Source: Bacillota bacterium (GTDB lineage: Bacteria; Bacillota; Clostridia; Christensenellales; CAG-138). Taken from it: a DNA stretch of 64,000 nt. This document shows, one piece after another, positions 28,756-37,866 of this stretch; the stretch's first letter is position 1, and each line of letters begins with the position of its first letter. The DNA lies in assembly GCA_038562375.1 (NCBI GenBank), contig JBCFAY010000016.1, forward strand, positions 5,516 through 69,515, written 5' to 3'. The position numbers were made by a program, and so were the translations under genes. The notes under the pieces were generated by a model. That model was given only the letters and a program-made list of their open reading frames with translations. It made no database searches and was not told where the DNA came from.

Positions 28756-29847
28756 CTATTGTTTGCAACGCAGCAACAACATACAGATGTCATCCTCGCG
28801 GTCGTCGCGCGCGTAGGAGGACAAAATATCCAAAAACAGCCCGTCTTCTTCCTCATAAAAAAACGTCTTGAGCAATTCGAACGTCAGGCCGCTCGAGCGC
28901 GGGTCGATCAGGCCGTCCGTATACACGAGCAGCCGCGCGCCCGCTTTCATCGCCAAGCGGTGCGTCTGATACTGTATCGACGCGTCCCAGTTGCAGATCG
29001 GGAACGAGGGGGCGAACAGCGCCTCGATTTCGCCGTCATGATACAAAAGCGGCGGCACGCTGTGGCCGGCGTTCGCCCAGTCGAGCGTACCGTTCACAGG
29101 GTCGATCAGACCGACGAGCGCGGTGACATAGAGCTGGATATCGTCGGTAAGCATGCAGAAATATTTCCGCGCGGCGCTCAATATGCCGGCGGGATCGGTC
29201 ATTCCCTGCTGCGCGTAATTGAGGAAAATATTCGAGATCAGCAGCGAAATCATCGCCGCGCTCATGCCGTGGCCTGAGACGTCCGCGATATAAAAGAGCA
29301 CCTTGCCGTTGACACAGGTGCAGCCGAACAAATCTCCGCCCAGGCTTTGGGCGGGCAAATATCGGGAGATGGATTCAACGCCCACGTTATCCGGAATCTC
29401 CGTCGCGAGCAGCTCCCTCTGGAGTTTCGACGCGGTCTGCGCGTCCTGCAGCAGCCTCCTGTTTTGATCCTGAAGCCGCTTTTGCTGCTCGGTCTGCCAT
29501 GTGATATCCCGATACACCTCGACGACGGCCGAGTTCTCCCCGGATTCCGTATATACCGGGGAAGCGCTGATCTGATACACCCGATTGCGATACCGTTTTT
29601 TTGTCTGGCACGTTTCGCGCGTTTCAAGCGCCTTTTTCAGGATGCATTCTCCACATGCGCGATCCGCTTCGTACATTTCGTAGCATACATTGCCCAGTTG
29701 ATTGCCGAAACAACGCACATAGCTTGCGTTCGTCAAAAGAACCCGACCTTGGGGAGAAAGGATGCGAACCATATCATCCATCGCGTCGAGCGCTACGCGC
29801 TCGGGCGTCTCAGCGCGCAGACCGTCGCCGTCTGCCATAGGATCCAT
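28756..29847 (-). CDS. PAS-domain SpoIIE/RsbU-type PP2C phosphatase
   Basis: PAS ending in RDIT, coiled coil, GGD, ADVSGHG, NAGH, YTDG and DD motifs. Confidence 0.88.
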   Translation of the reverse strand: MDPMADGDGLRAETPERVALDAMDDMVRILSPQGRVLLTNASYVRCFGNQLGNVCYEMYEADRACGECILKKALETRETCQTKKRYRNRVYQISASPVYTESGENSAVVEVYRDITWQTEQQKRLQDQNRRLLQDAQTASKLQRELLATEIPDNVGVESISRYLPAQSLGGDLFGCTCVNGKVLFYIADVSGHGMSAAMISLLISNIFLNYAQQGMTDPAGILSAARKYFCMLTDDIQLYVTALVGLIDPVNGTLDWANAGHSVPPLLYHDGEIEALFAPSFPICNWDASIQYQTHRLAMKAGARLLVYTDGLIDPRSSGLTFELLKTFFYEEEDGLFLDILSSYARDDREDDICMLLLRCKQ

Positions 29848-29849
29848 CC

Positions 29850-30056
29850 TTATTCGTTCTCCTTTATGGTAATCTCCATATCCTCATATGCTTGTGCAAG
29901 GTCGTAGAATTCATGCGCCAGTTCGCAAAGCAGCGGATCAGAGAGTTTCCCGGTTTCCTCGTAAAGCTTCAACGCCTTTTGGTTGAGTTCTTTACGCTTA
30001 TCCTCCAACTGTCTACGCATTGACTTGAGCCTTGCATCAATGTCGTGATCGAGCAT
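29850..30056 (-). CDS. Small helical protein, Spo0E-like
   Basis: 68 aa two-helix pattern LE.KRKELN....G.L.DP.L.EL; the SQELD motif is replaced by AHEFY. Confidence 0.45.
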   Translation of the reverse strand: MLDHDIDARLKSMRRQLEDKRKELNQKALKLYEETGKLSDPLLCELAHEFYDLAQAYEDMEITIKENE

Positions 30057-30198
30057 GAAATATCCCCCCGTACGCTTCGCGTACAATCGCTCCATAATGG
30101 CGCTATCAATGCCCCTATTATAAACAAAAACGCATTGATTCGCAACGTCTTGGCGTGTTACGATGAAAAAAACATCAGTATTCTGAGAGGAACAAGCG

Positions 30199-30432
30199 AT
30201 GATGCTCATTATTGACCGCTTTGAACGGAATTCCGCCGTCTGCGAGGCGGAGGACGGAGCAAAGATCGAAATCAGCCGGGATCTGATCCCCGAAGGAGCC
30301 CGTGAAGGCGACGTCCTGATTCAAAGCGAAACGGGAGAGCTTCAAATCGATGCCTCGTGCTCCATGCTTCGTCGGCGGAGGGCGCGCGCCCTGCTGGACG
30401 AGCTGACCAAAGACGATCAGCCGCTGTCCTGA
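30199..30432 (+). CDS. DUF3006 family protein
   Basis: IIDRFE...AVCE.....I....IP..A.EGDVL motif. Confidence 0.85.
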   Translation: MMLIIDRFERNSAVCEAEDGAKIEISRDLIPEGAREGDVLIQSETGELQIDASCSMLRRRRARALLDELTKDDQPLS

Positions 30433-30530
30433 AAGGCGGTTTTCCTTTGAGCTTTGTGCTTGATCCAACACCTATATCGGCATTTTTTCGTAAAATATGA
30501 GTTTATCGCCGATTTTGGGCCGTATATGTA

Positions 30531-33161
30531 TCAGGGAACAAGCGCGTTGACGCGAACGAGCGTCTCGGGAGCGACCGCATCTTTAAGGTCGAGGTAGTAC
30601 TTCGTGATTTCCTCCACGGCAATGGCGCTCGAGGAACCGGAATAGCCGTTGGGCACGCATACGATGATAACGATCTCCGGCTTATCGTTTGGAACAATCG
30701 TTACAAACCACGAGGTGTTTTCGATATCGATCGTGCTCGTGCCGGTCTGCGCCGTTCCCGTCTTTCCGCTGATCCTCGAGGTATAGCCGGCGCTCACAAA
30801 CTCGGGGGAAAACGCTTCCGCCGCCGTGCCGCCGTCCTCGGGGGACACCACTTTATCGAGCCCCTGGTGGATCGCATCCCAATACTCCTGCGGCGCGTCG
30901 ATCTTGTTGTATACGCTCGGTTCGATCACGTTGATCGCCCCGTCGCTGTTGATGATGCGATCGACAATATGCACGTCGAACACCGTTCCGCCGTTTGCGA
31001 TGGCCGCGGCGTAACGCGCGACCGCGATCGGCGTGACCAGCGAAACGCCCTGTCCGAAGCCCGCGCGGATCGTGATGGTGGGCTTCCATTGCAATTCCGT
31101 GAGCGACGATGTGATCTCGTTCGTCCAGTTATAGGATTGCACGACGCCTTCGGGGATCCCGAGCTCCTCGCTGATGATCCGGCGAACCTCGGAACCTTTG
31201 TTCGTCACGCTGCCGTCCTGCAGCTGCAGGAGCTTGGACGCGCATAGTTTGACCGCCTCCTCGTCGACTTCCATGCCGCGCTGCGTCAGATAGCCGCGCA
31301 GCAGCGTCCGGATCTGGTTGTAAACGAGCGTCGGAAGGCTCGTTTTTTGCTGCGTCACAGGCAAAGTGTTGTCATAGAGCACGGACTGTCCGCCCACCAT
31401 GCCGACGCTCTCGCCGGGAAGTTCGATCCCCGTCGCGCTCGTCAGGCCGAGCTTGCCCGCCCAGTCGTTGAGCTTGGTGATGCCCAGGCGATTGGCCACC
31501 TCGCAGAAATAGTAGTTGCAGGAATTCTTCAGCGCCGCGACGATGTTTTGATCCGCATGATCCCGATGGCTCTTCGCAAGGCTCTTTGTCCAGCAGCCCG
31601 GCGCGTCGGTCTCGATCAGTTTGCCGTTCTCATCATGAAGATAATACAGGTACTCGCAGTCGATCCTCGTGTCGAGCGTGATCGCGCCCTCCATCAGCCC
31701 GGCGAGGCCGGTGACCATCTTGAAGATGGAGCCCGGCGCGCTCTTGGCGGAGATCGCCTTGTTGCGCATGGGCGTGGTCGACTCCGCCTCTTCGCTCTCG
31801 AAGATCTCTATCACCTGGTCTTTGCTCAAGCCCGCCACGAACATATTCGGATCGAACGAAGGGGAGGACGCGAGCGCGAGCACCTGCCCGGTCTCCACGT
31901 CCATCACGACGATCGCGCCGGTCTCGGCCTTATTGATGCTGTCGACCCCGCCCGAGCGGTTGGCCGTCGCTTTCGTATAATGGCCGTCCTCGGCTTCCTT
32001 CTCCGCGATGCGGTTTTCTTCCTTCTCCCGGATGCTCTTTATCACATCCTGCAGCGCCTTCTCCGTTACCTGCTGCAGCGAAATATCGATGGTCAGCATC
32101 ACGTCGCTGCCGTCGGTCGGCGATGTGCTGTCAAGCTCGCGGATCATGCTGCCGTATTTGTTGACCTCGATGCTCCGATTGCCCTGTTTATCGCTGGTGG
32201 AGCCCGTCAAATACGCCTCCATGGAGCGCTCTATGCCGGACGCGCCGATCATGTCGTCATTATAGGAATAGCCCATTTTGGCCATATCGACCACCTGCTC
32301 GCCGTCCTTGTTGAGCTCGATAAAGCCTTTGAAATCCTCTTCGGTATAGCCCATCTCCTTGAGCGTCGACAGCGGCACAACCCCGGAACTGCGGCTCAGG
32401 TACCCGAGGATATGCGCGGCGGTCGTCCCGCGCGGATAAACGCGCGACGTGCTCTGCGTCGTCTGCAGGCCGAGAAGCTCGTCCTTGTGCATCTCGATCT
32501 CGGCGACCACGTCCATCCCAACGTCGTAAGCGATGGTGATCGGCTGATAGGCGCGATAATTGTTCAGAAGAACCTCCTGGCGGATCGACATGACCTTGGA
32601 GGCCTCTTCGAACGTCATTTCCTCGGGGATCTGCCAGGCCTTGCGCAGCTGCTTATACGCGTACTCCGCCGTGGGCCACTTGCTCATATCGTCCAGATCC
32701 TCTTCGGCGATTTTAAAGCCCATCGCGTCGCAGAAGTTCTTATAGCGCGCCTTGATCGCCTGTTCGCTCTCCACGCCCCAGCTATAAGCGAGGTTGTGGT
32801 TTTCATCCATGTGGATATAGAACGTATCGATCGTCTTTCCGCCGCCCTTCTCGATGATATCGATCGCGCGGATCAAAGATTCCGTATACAGCGCGCTGTC
32901 GCTCTCGGAGCGGCGTTCGGGATCGCGGAAGAATTCGACGTTGTAGCTTGTATCGCTGTATGCGAGCACCACGCCGTTTCGGTCGAGTATCCTGCCGCGC
33001 GTCCCCTTGAGCTCGACCGTGCGGGTGCTGCGCTCGAGGGCCTGCCGGTTGAAGGATTCGCCGTCCGCTATCGTCAGCGTTCCGAGGCCAATGAGCAGCG
33101 CGGCCATCATGCCGAGCATTCCGACTGCGATAAGTACGAATCTTGAAGTGAGATTTTTCAT
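30531..33161 (-). CDS. mrdA: Class B penicillin-binding protein (PBP2/MrdA-like)
   Basis: RGRILDRNG, RVYP, G.SGIE, SIFK (SxxK), SCN (SxN), KTGTAQ; follows mreCD. Confidence 0.85.
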   Translation of the reverse strand: MKNLTSRFVLIAVGMLGMMAALLIGLGTLTIADGESFNRQALERSTRTVELKGTRGRILDRNGVVLAYSDTSYNVEFFRDPERRSESDSALYTESLIRAIDIIEKGGGKTIDTFYIHMDENHNLAYSWGVESEQAIKARYKNFCDAMGFKIAEEDLDDMSKWPTAEYAYKQLRKAWQIPEEMTFEEASKVMSIRQEVLLNNYRAYQPITIAYDVGMDVVAEIEMHKDELLGLQTTQSTSRVYPRGTTAAHILGYLSRSSGVVPLSTLKEMGYTEEDFKGFIELNKDGEQVVDMAKMGYSYNDDMIGASGIERSMEAYLTGSTSDKQGNRSIEVNKYGSMIRELDSTSPTDGSDVMLTIDISLQQVTEKALQDVIKSIREKEENRIAEKEAEDGHYTKATANRSGGVDSINKAETGAIVVMDVETGQVLALASSPSFDPNMFVAGLSKDQVIEIFESEEAESTTPMRNKAISAKSAPGSIFKMVTGLAGLMEGAITLDTRIDCEYLYYLHDENGKLIETDAPGCWTKSLAKSHRDHADQNIVAALKNSCNYYFCEVANRLGITKLNDWAGKLGLTSATGIELPGESVGMVGGQSVLYDNTLPVTQQKTSLPTLVYNQIRTLLRGYLTQRGMEVDEEAVKLCASKLLQLQDGSVTNKGSEVRRIISEELGIPEGVVQSYNWTNEITSSLTELQWKPTITIRAGFGQGVSLVTPIAVARYAAAIANGGTVFDVHIVDRIINSDGAINVIEPSVYNKIDAPQEYWDAIHQGLDKVVSPEDGGTAAEAFSPEFVSAGYTSRISGKTGTAQTGTSTIDIENTSWFVTIVPNDKPEIVIIVCVPNGYSGSSSAIAVEEITKYYLDLKDAVAPETLVRVNALVP

Positions 33162-33676
33162 TTTCTACCCCCGGCGCCCAGCGCGAATCCCGGACTCTGA
33201 CGGCCGTTGTACACACGCCGAAAGATCACGTGAACCAGCGCGCACCAAAGCGCGCTCAAAAATGCGCACGGCAGGATATACTCCACCAGCAGCAGGAAAA
33301 AGCTGAACTTTACCCCGGTAAGAGCAAGCGCGATCGCCATTACGACCTCCTTGGCTACGCCCGCCACCGCCGCCGCTGCGGAAGGAACGATCAGGTTATC
33401 CGCATAGAACTTCCTGTAGAACAGACCCCCTCCGAACCCCGCCAACAGATAGATCGCCGCGCCGAGCCCCACGAACCTTCCGAAAAAGATATCCGTAAAA
33501 AGCCCGGCCGCCAGGCCGATGAGCCCCGCCGGAAGCCCGCCCATGAGCACCCCGAAGGAAACGATGGTTCCGAGCAAAGCATCCGGGCGAACGCCGTACA
33601 GGCCAAGCCGTGCAAACACGAGGCTGTCCAAGAAAACGCTCAACAGGATTGCGACGATCGTGACCGTCTTACGCAT
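33158..33676 (-). CDS. mreD: Rod shape-determining protein MreD
   Basis: Hydrophobic, GVRPD and GL..D...G..G motifs, between mreC and the PBP gene. Confidence 0.9.
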   Translation of the reverse strand: MRKTVTIVAILLSVFLDSLVFARLGLYGVRPDALLGTIVSFGVLMGGLPAGLIGLAAGLFTDIFFGRFVGLGAAIYLLAGFGGGLFYRKFYADNLIVPSAAAAVAGVAKEVVMAIALALTGVKFSFFLLLVEYILPCAFLSALWCALVHVIFRRVYNGRQSPGFALGAGGRK

Positions 33677-33679
33677 AGG

Positions 33680-34519
33680 CTATTCCCCCTCCGGCTGCCG
33701 GGACACGATGACCATGACTTCTTCAAGCCTGGTAAAATCCACCGCCGGTTCGACCAGCGCGTTGCTGTTTGTCGTATCGCTCTGGCGCGTTACCTCCGTG
33801 ACGGTGCCGGCAACGATCCCTTTGGGGAATACGCCTCCGAGCCCGTTGGTTACGATCGTATCGCCGGGGACCAGATCGCTGCCCGACGGCAGATAATAGA
33901 GCTTCAGCGTATTGATGTTGTTGCCGGCCTCGAGCATTCCGCTGATCATGCCGTTGTCGCGTGTGCGCTCCACCATCACGCTTGCGGAAAAACCGGCGTC
34001 CACAAGCGCGGAAACCTTCGCCCACGTCGCGCCGACGCTGATTACACGGCCTACCAGCCCGTCCGCACAGACGACGGCCTGATCCTTCTGTATGCCGGCG
34101 TTGCGCCCGGCGGAAATCGTGAAGATATCGAACCAGATGCCCTGCCCCTTGCCGATGACCGAAGCGGTGACATATTCCCAGTCCTGCTCCTGCTCGACAT
34201 AGTTCAGCAGGCCTTTGAGCCGCTCGTTCTCCTGTTCGAGCTGGTTCATCTTGGTCAGATTCTGTTCAAGCTGCGCCACGCGCACCTTGAGCTGCTGGTT
34301 CTCCTGGTCTGCGTCCGTCGTATGAAAAAGGTTCTCAAAAAAGCCGATGATCGCGCCCGATACGTTGGCCGCGAACGTCTGTACGGGCTGCGCGACCGAG
34401 CCCACCGCACTCTCCACCCATGTGACCGTCCGTTCGCCCGATGTCGCAAGCGCGAGAACAAGCAGCAGCACAACTGCTGCCGCCGTTATCAAGAGCGGTT
34501 TATTCCGAAAAAACTTCAT
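33680..34519 (-). CDS. mreC: Rod shape-determining protein MreC
   Basis: TM, coiled coil ENERLK.LL, GLVGRV, T.G.GGVFPKGI, P.VDF..LEEV. Confidence 0.95.
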   Translation of the reverse strand: MKFFRNKPLLITAAAVVLLLVLALATSGERTVTWVESAVGSVAQPVQTFAANVSGAIIGFFENLFHTTDADQENQQLKVRVAQLEQNLTKMNQLEQENERLKGLLNYVEQEQDWEYVTASVIGKGQGIWFDIFTISAGRNAGIQKDQAVVCADGLVGRVISVGATWAKVSALVDAGFSASVMVERTRDNGMISGMLEAGNNINTLKLYYLPSGSDLVPGDTIVTNGLGGVFPKGIVAGTVTEVTRQSDTTNSNALVEPAVDFTRLEEVMVIVSRQPEGE

Positions 34520-34569
34520 TGTATTCCTCCGCCTGCGCGTGCATCAGGGCATGATGAACATGTTAATCC

Positions 34570-34597
34570 ATTATAACATAGGCGTATTTTCGCGCAA
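34570..34597 (-). promoter_or_regulatory. Putative SigA promoter of mreCD-PBP
   Basis: TTGCGC-N16-TATAAT with extended TG (TGtTATAAT). Confidence 0.6.
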
Positions 34598-34714
34598 GAA
34601 TCCGGAAGAAAACGTAACAGTATATTTACGCCTGCCGCAATAAATACAAAATTCACCCTAAGGGAAAAGCGGTTGAAGGGCCCTTTACCCGAAGCATCGC
34701 GCGCCTATGAGGGT

Positions 34715-34862
34715 CCGGAAGCCGTATGGCGCGCCGCAGCTTATCGGAGCCGCTTGGGATCCAATCCGCATCCGTTGACCCAGGCGGCTTCGCCCGCTCC
34801 GGCACGCCATATGCTTTTTAAACTTCCGATCTGAGCGCAATGGCGCCGCTGCGGCTCCCTGC
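34715..34862. repeat. Long imperfect hairpin plus shared blocks, family 2 copy C
   Basis: Stems 34724-34740/34796-34812 and 34746-34758/34779-34791; TTTTAAACTTCC and CCGCTGCG(G/A)CTCCCTGC shared with the 12.3 kb element. Confidence 0.5.
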
Positions 34863-34940
34863 CTAAAAGGGCAATCGGGTCCAGGCCGACCAATCGCCAA
34901 AAGTATGCAGTTTCGGCTCGTTCGGATCGATGTGCGATGC

Positions 34941-35987
34941 TTATCCCGGCAGTGTGATCCTTGACCCGCGCTTGTTCGACGAACGATAGTAGCGCAGATT
35001 TTCGACCGCCGTGAGCGCTCCGAGCGCGACGCAGTCGAGAGGATCGTCCGCGAGCGCCACCGGGATGCCCGTCTCATGCGCGATGAGTTTGGTTAGGCCG
35101 CGAAGCTGCGCCGTCCCACCCGAAAGCGTTATGCCGTTTTCAAGCAGATCGCCCGAGATCTCAGGCGGCGTTCTTTCAAGCGTCTCAAGCACGGCGTTGA
35201 CGATTTCGGCGACGGGCTTCTTCATCGCATAGCAGATCTCGCCCGCCGAAAGCTTGATCTCACAGGGGAGGCCGTTTTGCACGTCGCGCCCGCGCACAAG
35301 CGTCGTTTCAGGCTCGCCCGAGAGCGCCGATCCAAGCGTGAGCTTTAAGCGTTCCGCCGTGCTCGCGCCGACGATCAGCCCGTGCTCCTGCCGGATGTAA
35401 TGGATGATGGCCTCGTCCAGATCCGTGCCGCCGACGCGTATCGAGCGGCTTACCACGGTCCCGCCGAGCGCGAGCACGGCTACGTCCGTCGTGCCGCCGC
35501 CGATGTCGACAATCATGACGCCCCTGGCCTGATCGATCTGCAGCCCCGCGCCGATCGCAGCGGCGACGGGCTCATCCATCAGATACGCCTCGCGCGCGCC
35601 CGCGCCCCGGAGCGCCTCCTCGAGCGAACGCCGCTCCACGTCGGACATGCAGCCCGGAACGCAGACCACGGCGCGCACTCCCGCGCCCGGCAAGCGCCGC
35701 CCCACGGCCATGGTGATAAAGCTCTTGAGCATCGTTTCAGCGAGCGTAAAATCCGTGACAACGCCGTTTTTCAATGGATAAACGACCGTGACGCTCCCGG
35801 GCGTGCGCCCGAGCATCGCAATCGCCTCGTTGCCGACGGCGAGCACCTCGTTTTTGCGTCCGGCGGCGACCGCCACCGCGCTGGGCTCGCGCAGAACGAT
35901 TCCCTGCCCCTTGATCGCAATGACGGTATTGACCGTGCCGAGGTCTATCCCGATACAATCGCTGAACAGATTCATTATGCCAAACAT
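34941..35987 (-). CDS. mreB: MreB/Mbl family actin-like protein (divergent)
   Basis: GIDLGT, EP.AAAIGAGL, DIGGGTT, AE.LK, GG...L.G motifs. Confidence 0.85.
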   Translation of the reverse strand: MFGIMNLFSDCIGIDLGTVNTVIAIKGQGIVLREPSAVAVAAGRKNEVLAVGNEAIAMLGRTPGSVTVVYPLKNGVVTDFTLAETMLKSFITMAVGRRLPGAGVRAVVCVPGCMSDVERRSLEEALRGAGAREAYLMDEPVAAAIGAGLQIDQARGVMIVDIGGGTTDVAVLALGGTVVSRSIRVGGTDLDEAIIHYIRQEHGLIVGASTAERLKLTLGSALSGEPETTLVRGRDVQNGLPCEIKLSAGEICYAMKKPVAEIVNAVLETLERTPPEISGDLLENGITLSGGTAQLRGLTKLIAHETGIPVALADDPLDCVALGALTAVENLRYYRSSNKRGSRITLPG

Positions 35988-36112
35988 GTGATTCTCCTTC
36001 CAACATCATCCTTTGCCTTATGGCAACTCCCTAAGTTATGGATATTGTTACCATATTTACATGCTTTATACCTGTGCCCAAAACGCCGTTCACGGGCGTG
36101 CCTCCGCTGCGT

Positions 36113-36141
36113 TTGAACTTGCGCGGGCGTTGTGCTATGAT
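36113..36141 (+). promoter_or_regulatory. SigA promoter of maf (predicted leaderless transcript)
   Basis: TTGAAC-N17-TATGAT with extended TG; ATG 6 nt after the -10 box. Confidence 0.6.
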
Positions 36142-36147
36142 GTTGAA

Positions 36148-36732
36148 ATGGAATTGATTTTAGCGTCTGTCTCCCCGAGAAGGCGGGAACTGTTGGAAAT
36201 GATCGGCCTGGAATTCTCAATCATCCCAAGCGATGTGGACGAGGGAATCGACGAGGCCGATCCGGGGCGCCTCGTCGAGCGCCTTGCGCATTTAAAAGCG
36301 TCCTCCGTCCGGCAAGGGCGCAAGGATTGCTGCGTGATCGGATCGGATACCGTCGTCGTGCTCGACGGGAAAATCATCGGCAAGCCGGGGGATGAACGGG
36401 ATGCGGAGCGCATTTTAAAATTGCTTCGCGGCAGGACGCATACCGTATACACGGGGCTCGCCGTCCTTAGCGATGAATACAGCTTCGTATCGCATGATAA
36501 AACGCTTGTCACGTTCGCCGCGATGACGGATGCACAAATCAACGCCTATGTTGCAAGCGGCGAACCGCTCGACAAGGCGGGAGCTTACGGCATCCAAGGC
36601 GTTGGAGGGGTTTTCGTCGAGCGCGTCGAAGGCTGCTATTTCACCGTCATAGGAATGCCGCTTCCGATGCTCTACCGCGCGCTCACGCCCTTGGGGATAC
36701 TGCCCAAACAGCTTGCGGGACTGAAGAAATAG
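36148..36732 (+). CDS. maf: Maf family nucleoside triphosphate pyrophosphatase
   Basis: LILAS.SPRRRELL, SDT.V, GKP, DKAGAYGIQ, G.P. Confidence 0.95.
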   Translation: MELILASVSPRRRELLEMIGLEFSIIPSDVDEGIDEADPGRLVERLAHLKASSVRQGRKDCCVIGSDTVVVLDGKIIGKPGDERDAERILKLLRGRTHTVYTGLAVLSDEYSFVSHDKTLVTFAAMTDAQINAYVASGEPLDKAGAYGIQGVGGVFVERVEGCYFTVIGMPLPMLYRALTPLGILPKQLAGLKK

Positions 36733-36769
36733 CTGCCGCGCCGGCTTATAAAAAAGGGATCAAGACAAC

Positions 36770-36798
36770 AAAAAGGGAGACGCAAGTCTCCCTTTTTT
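36770..36798. terminator. Bidirectional terminator between maf and the glmU-like gene
   Basis: AAAAAGGGAGAC-GCAA-GTCTCCCTTTTTT. Confidence 0.85.
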
Positions 36799-36898
36799 AG
36801 CCGCAGACATCCTCATATTCGCGATGGCGTGGAATCGTTTATAAACCGGAGGCTGCGCGTCCCGCAAAAGTCGAAAACCCATCCTCGCGACATGCAGT

Positions 36899-37846
36899 CT
36901 ATTCGCCCTTGATGCGCGCGAACGGGCCGACGGTCTCCCCATCGGGGATCACCGCGTCCTCGATCCGGCTCCCCCGGCGGATGATCGCGCCCGCGCCCAC
37001 GCGGGTACGCCCAAGGAGCAAAACCTCTCTCTCGAGCACCGCCCCGCTTCCCACGGTTACGTCCGCCTCGATATACACCTCTTCGGGTTCGGGCAGAATC
37101 GCGCCGTTTCCAATATGCGCGCTATTGATGCGCGCGCAGAGGATACGCTCGCACTCCTTTAGCTGCGCCGGGTCGTTCACGCCCATGCCCTCTTCCGGAT
37201 CCGTACAGAGCGCGGCCACCGCGTAGCCGTCTTTGCCGAGCAGTTCGATGCAATCGGTCAGATAATATTCGCCCTGCGCATTGTCGCTTTTGAGCCGGTC
37301 GAGGCACCCGAGCAGCAGCTTCGCATCGAAGCAATACACCGAGGTGTTGACTTCGTTGACAAGCAACTCCTCCGCGCCCGCGTCCCGATGCTCCACGATG
37401 CGGCGTACATGCCCGTCCCCGCCGCGGACGACGCGGCCGTAGCCCGTCGGATCGCCGAGCTTGCAGGTCAGGACGGACCCCGCGCGGCCTTGAGCAGATT
37501 CCGCCAAAAGGCGGAGCGTGTTCGTGCGAATCAGCGGCATATCGCCCGCCAGGATCAGCACATACCCGTCCATTGCTTTAAGATACTCGCGCGCCATCAT
37601 CACGGCGTGCCCGGTCCCCAGGCGCTGCGCCTGGAGGACGTAGCGCACGCGATCCCCAAAATACGCGCGCATCTGTTCCTCCTTATGGCCGACCACCAAT
37701 ATGGGCGGTTCGGCGCAAAGAGGCTCAACGGCACGGATGACCCATTCCGCGAGCGCAAGGCCGCATGCCTTGTGCAGCGCCTTCGCCGTATCGCTCTTCA
37801 TGCGCTTGCCTTCGCCCGCGGCGAGTATGATCGAAGCGACGCTCAT
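36899..37846 (-). CDS. GlmU-like sugar-phosphate nucleotidyltransferase, C-terminally short (315 aa)
   Basis: LAAGEGKRMKS, Q..RLGTGHAV, GD.PL, GYGRV, N.QGEYYLTD, GVND; ends at VGPFARIKGE. Confidence 0.8.
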   Translation of the reverse strand: MSVASIILAAGEGKRMKSDTAKALHKACGLALAEWVIRAVEPLCAEPPILVVGHKEEQMRAYFGDRVRYVLQAQRLGTGHAVMMAREYLKAMDGYVLILAGDMPLIRTNTLRLLAESAQGRAGSVLTCKLGDPTGYGRVVRGGDGHVRRIVEHRDAGAEELLVNEVNTSVYCFDAKLLLGCLDRLKSDNAQGEYYLTDCIELLGKDGYAVAALCTDPEEGMGVNDPAQLKECERILCARINSAHIGNGAILPEPEEVYIEADVTVGSGAVLEREVLLLGRTRVGAGAIIRRGSRIEDAVIPDGETVGPFARIKGE

Positions 37847-37866
37847 CAAGGGTTCTCCCGATGCGT

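Noticed and set aside
31347-33146. Long antisense ORFs (also 17826-19076, 21509-23116, 27775-29277, 38840-40546, 43073-44296)
   Set aside because: Shadow frames of real genes caused by high GC3 codon bias; no RBS or recognisable motifs.
36741-36849. 12 bp inverted repeat CCGGCTTATAAA / TTTATAAACCGG around the maf terminator as a mini-element
   Set aside because: Short, single occurrence, no target duplication and no similarity to the other repeat families.
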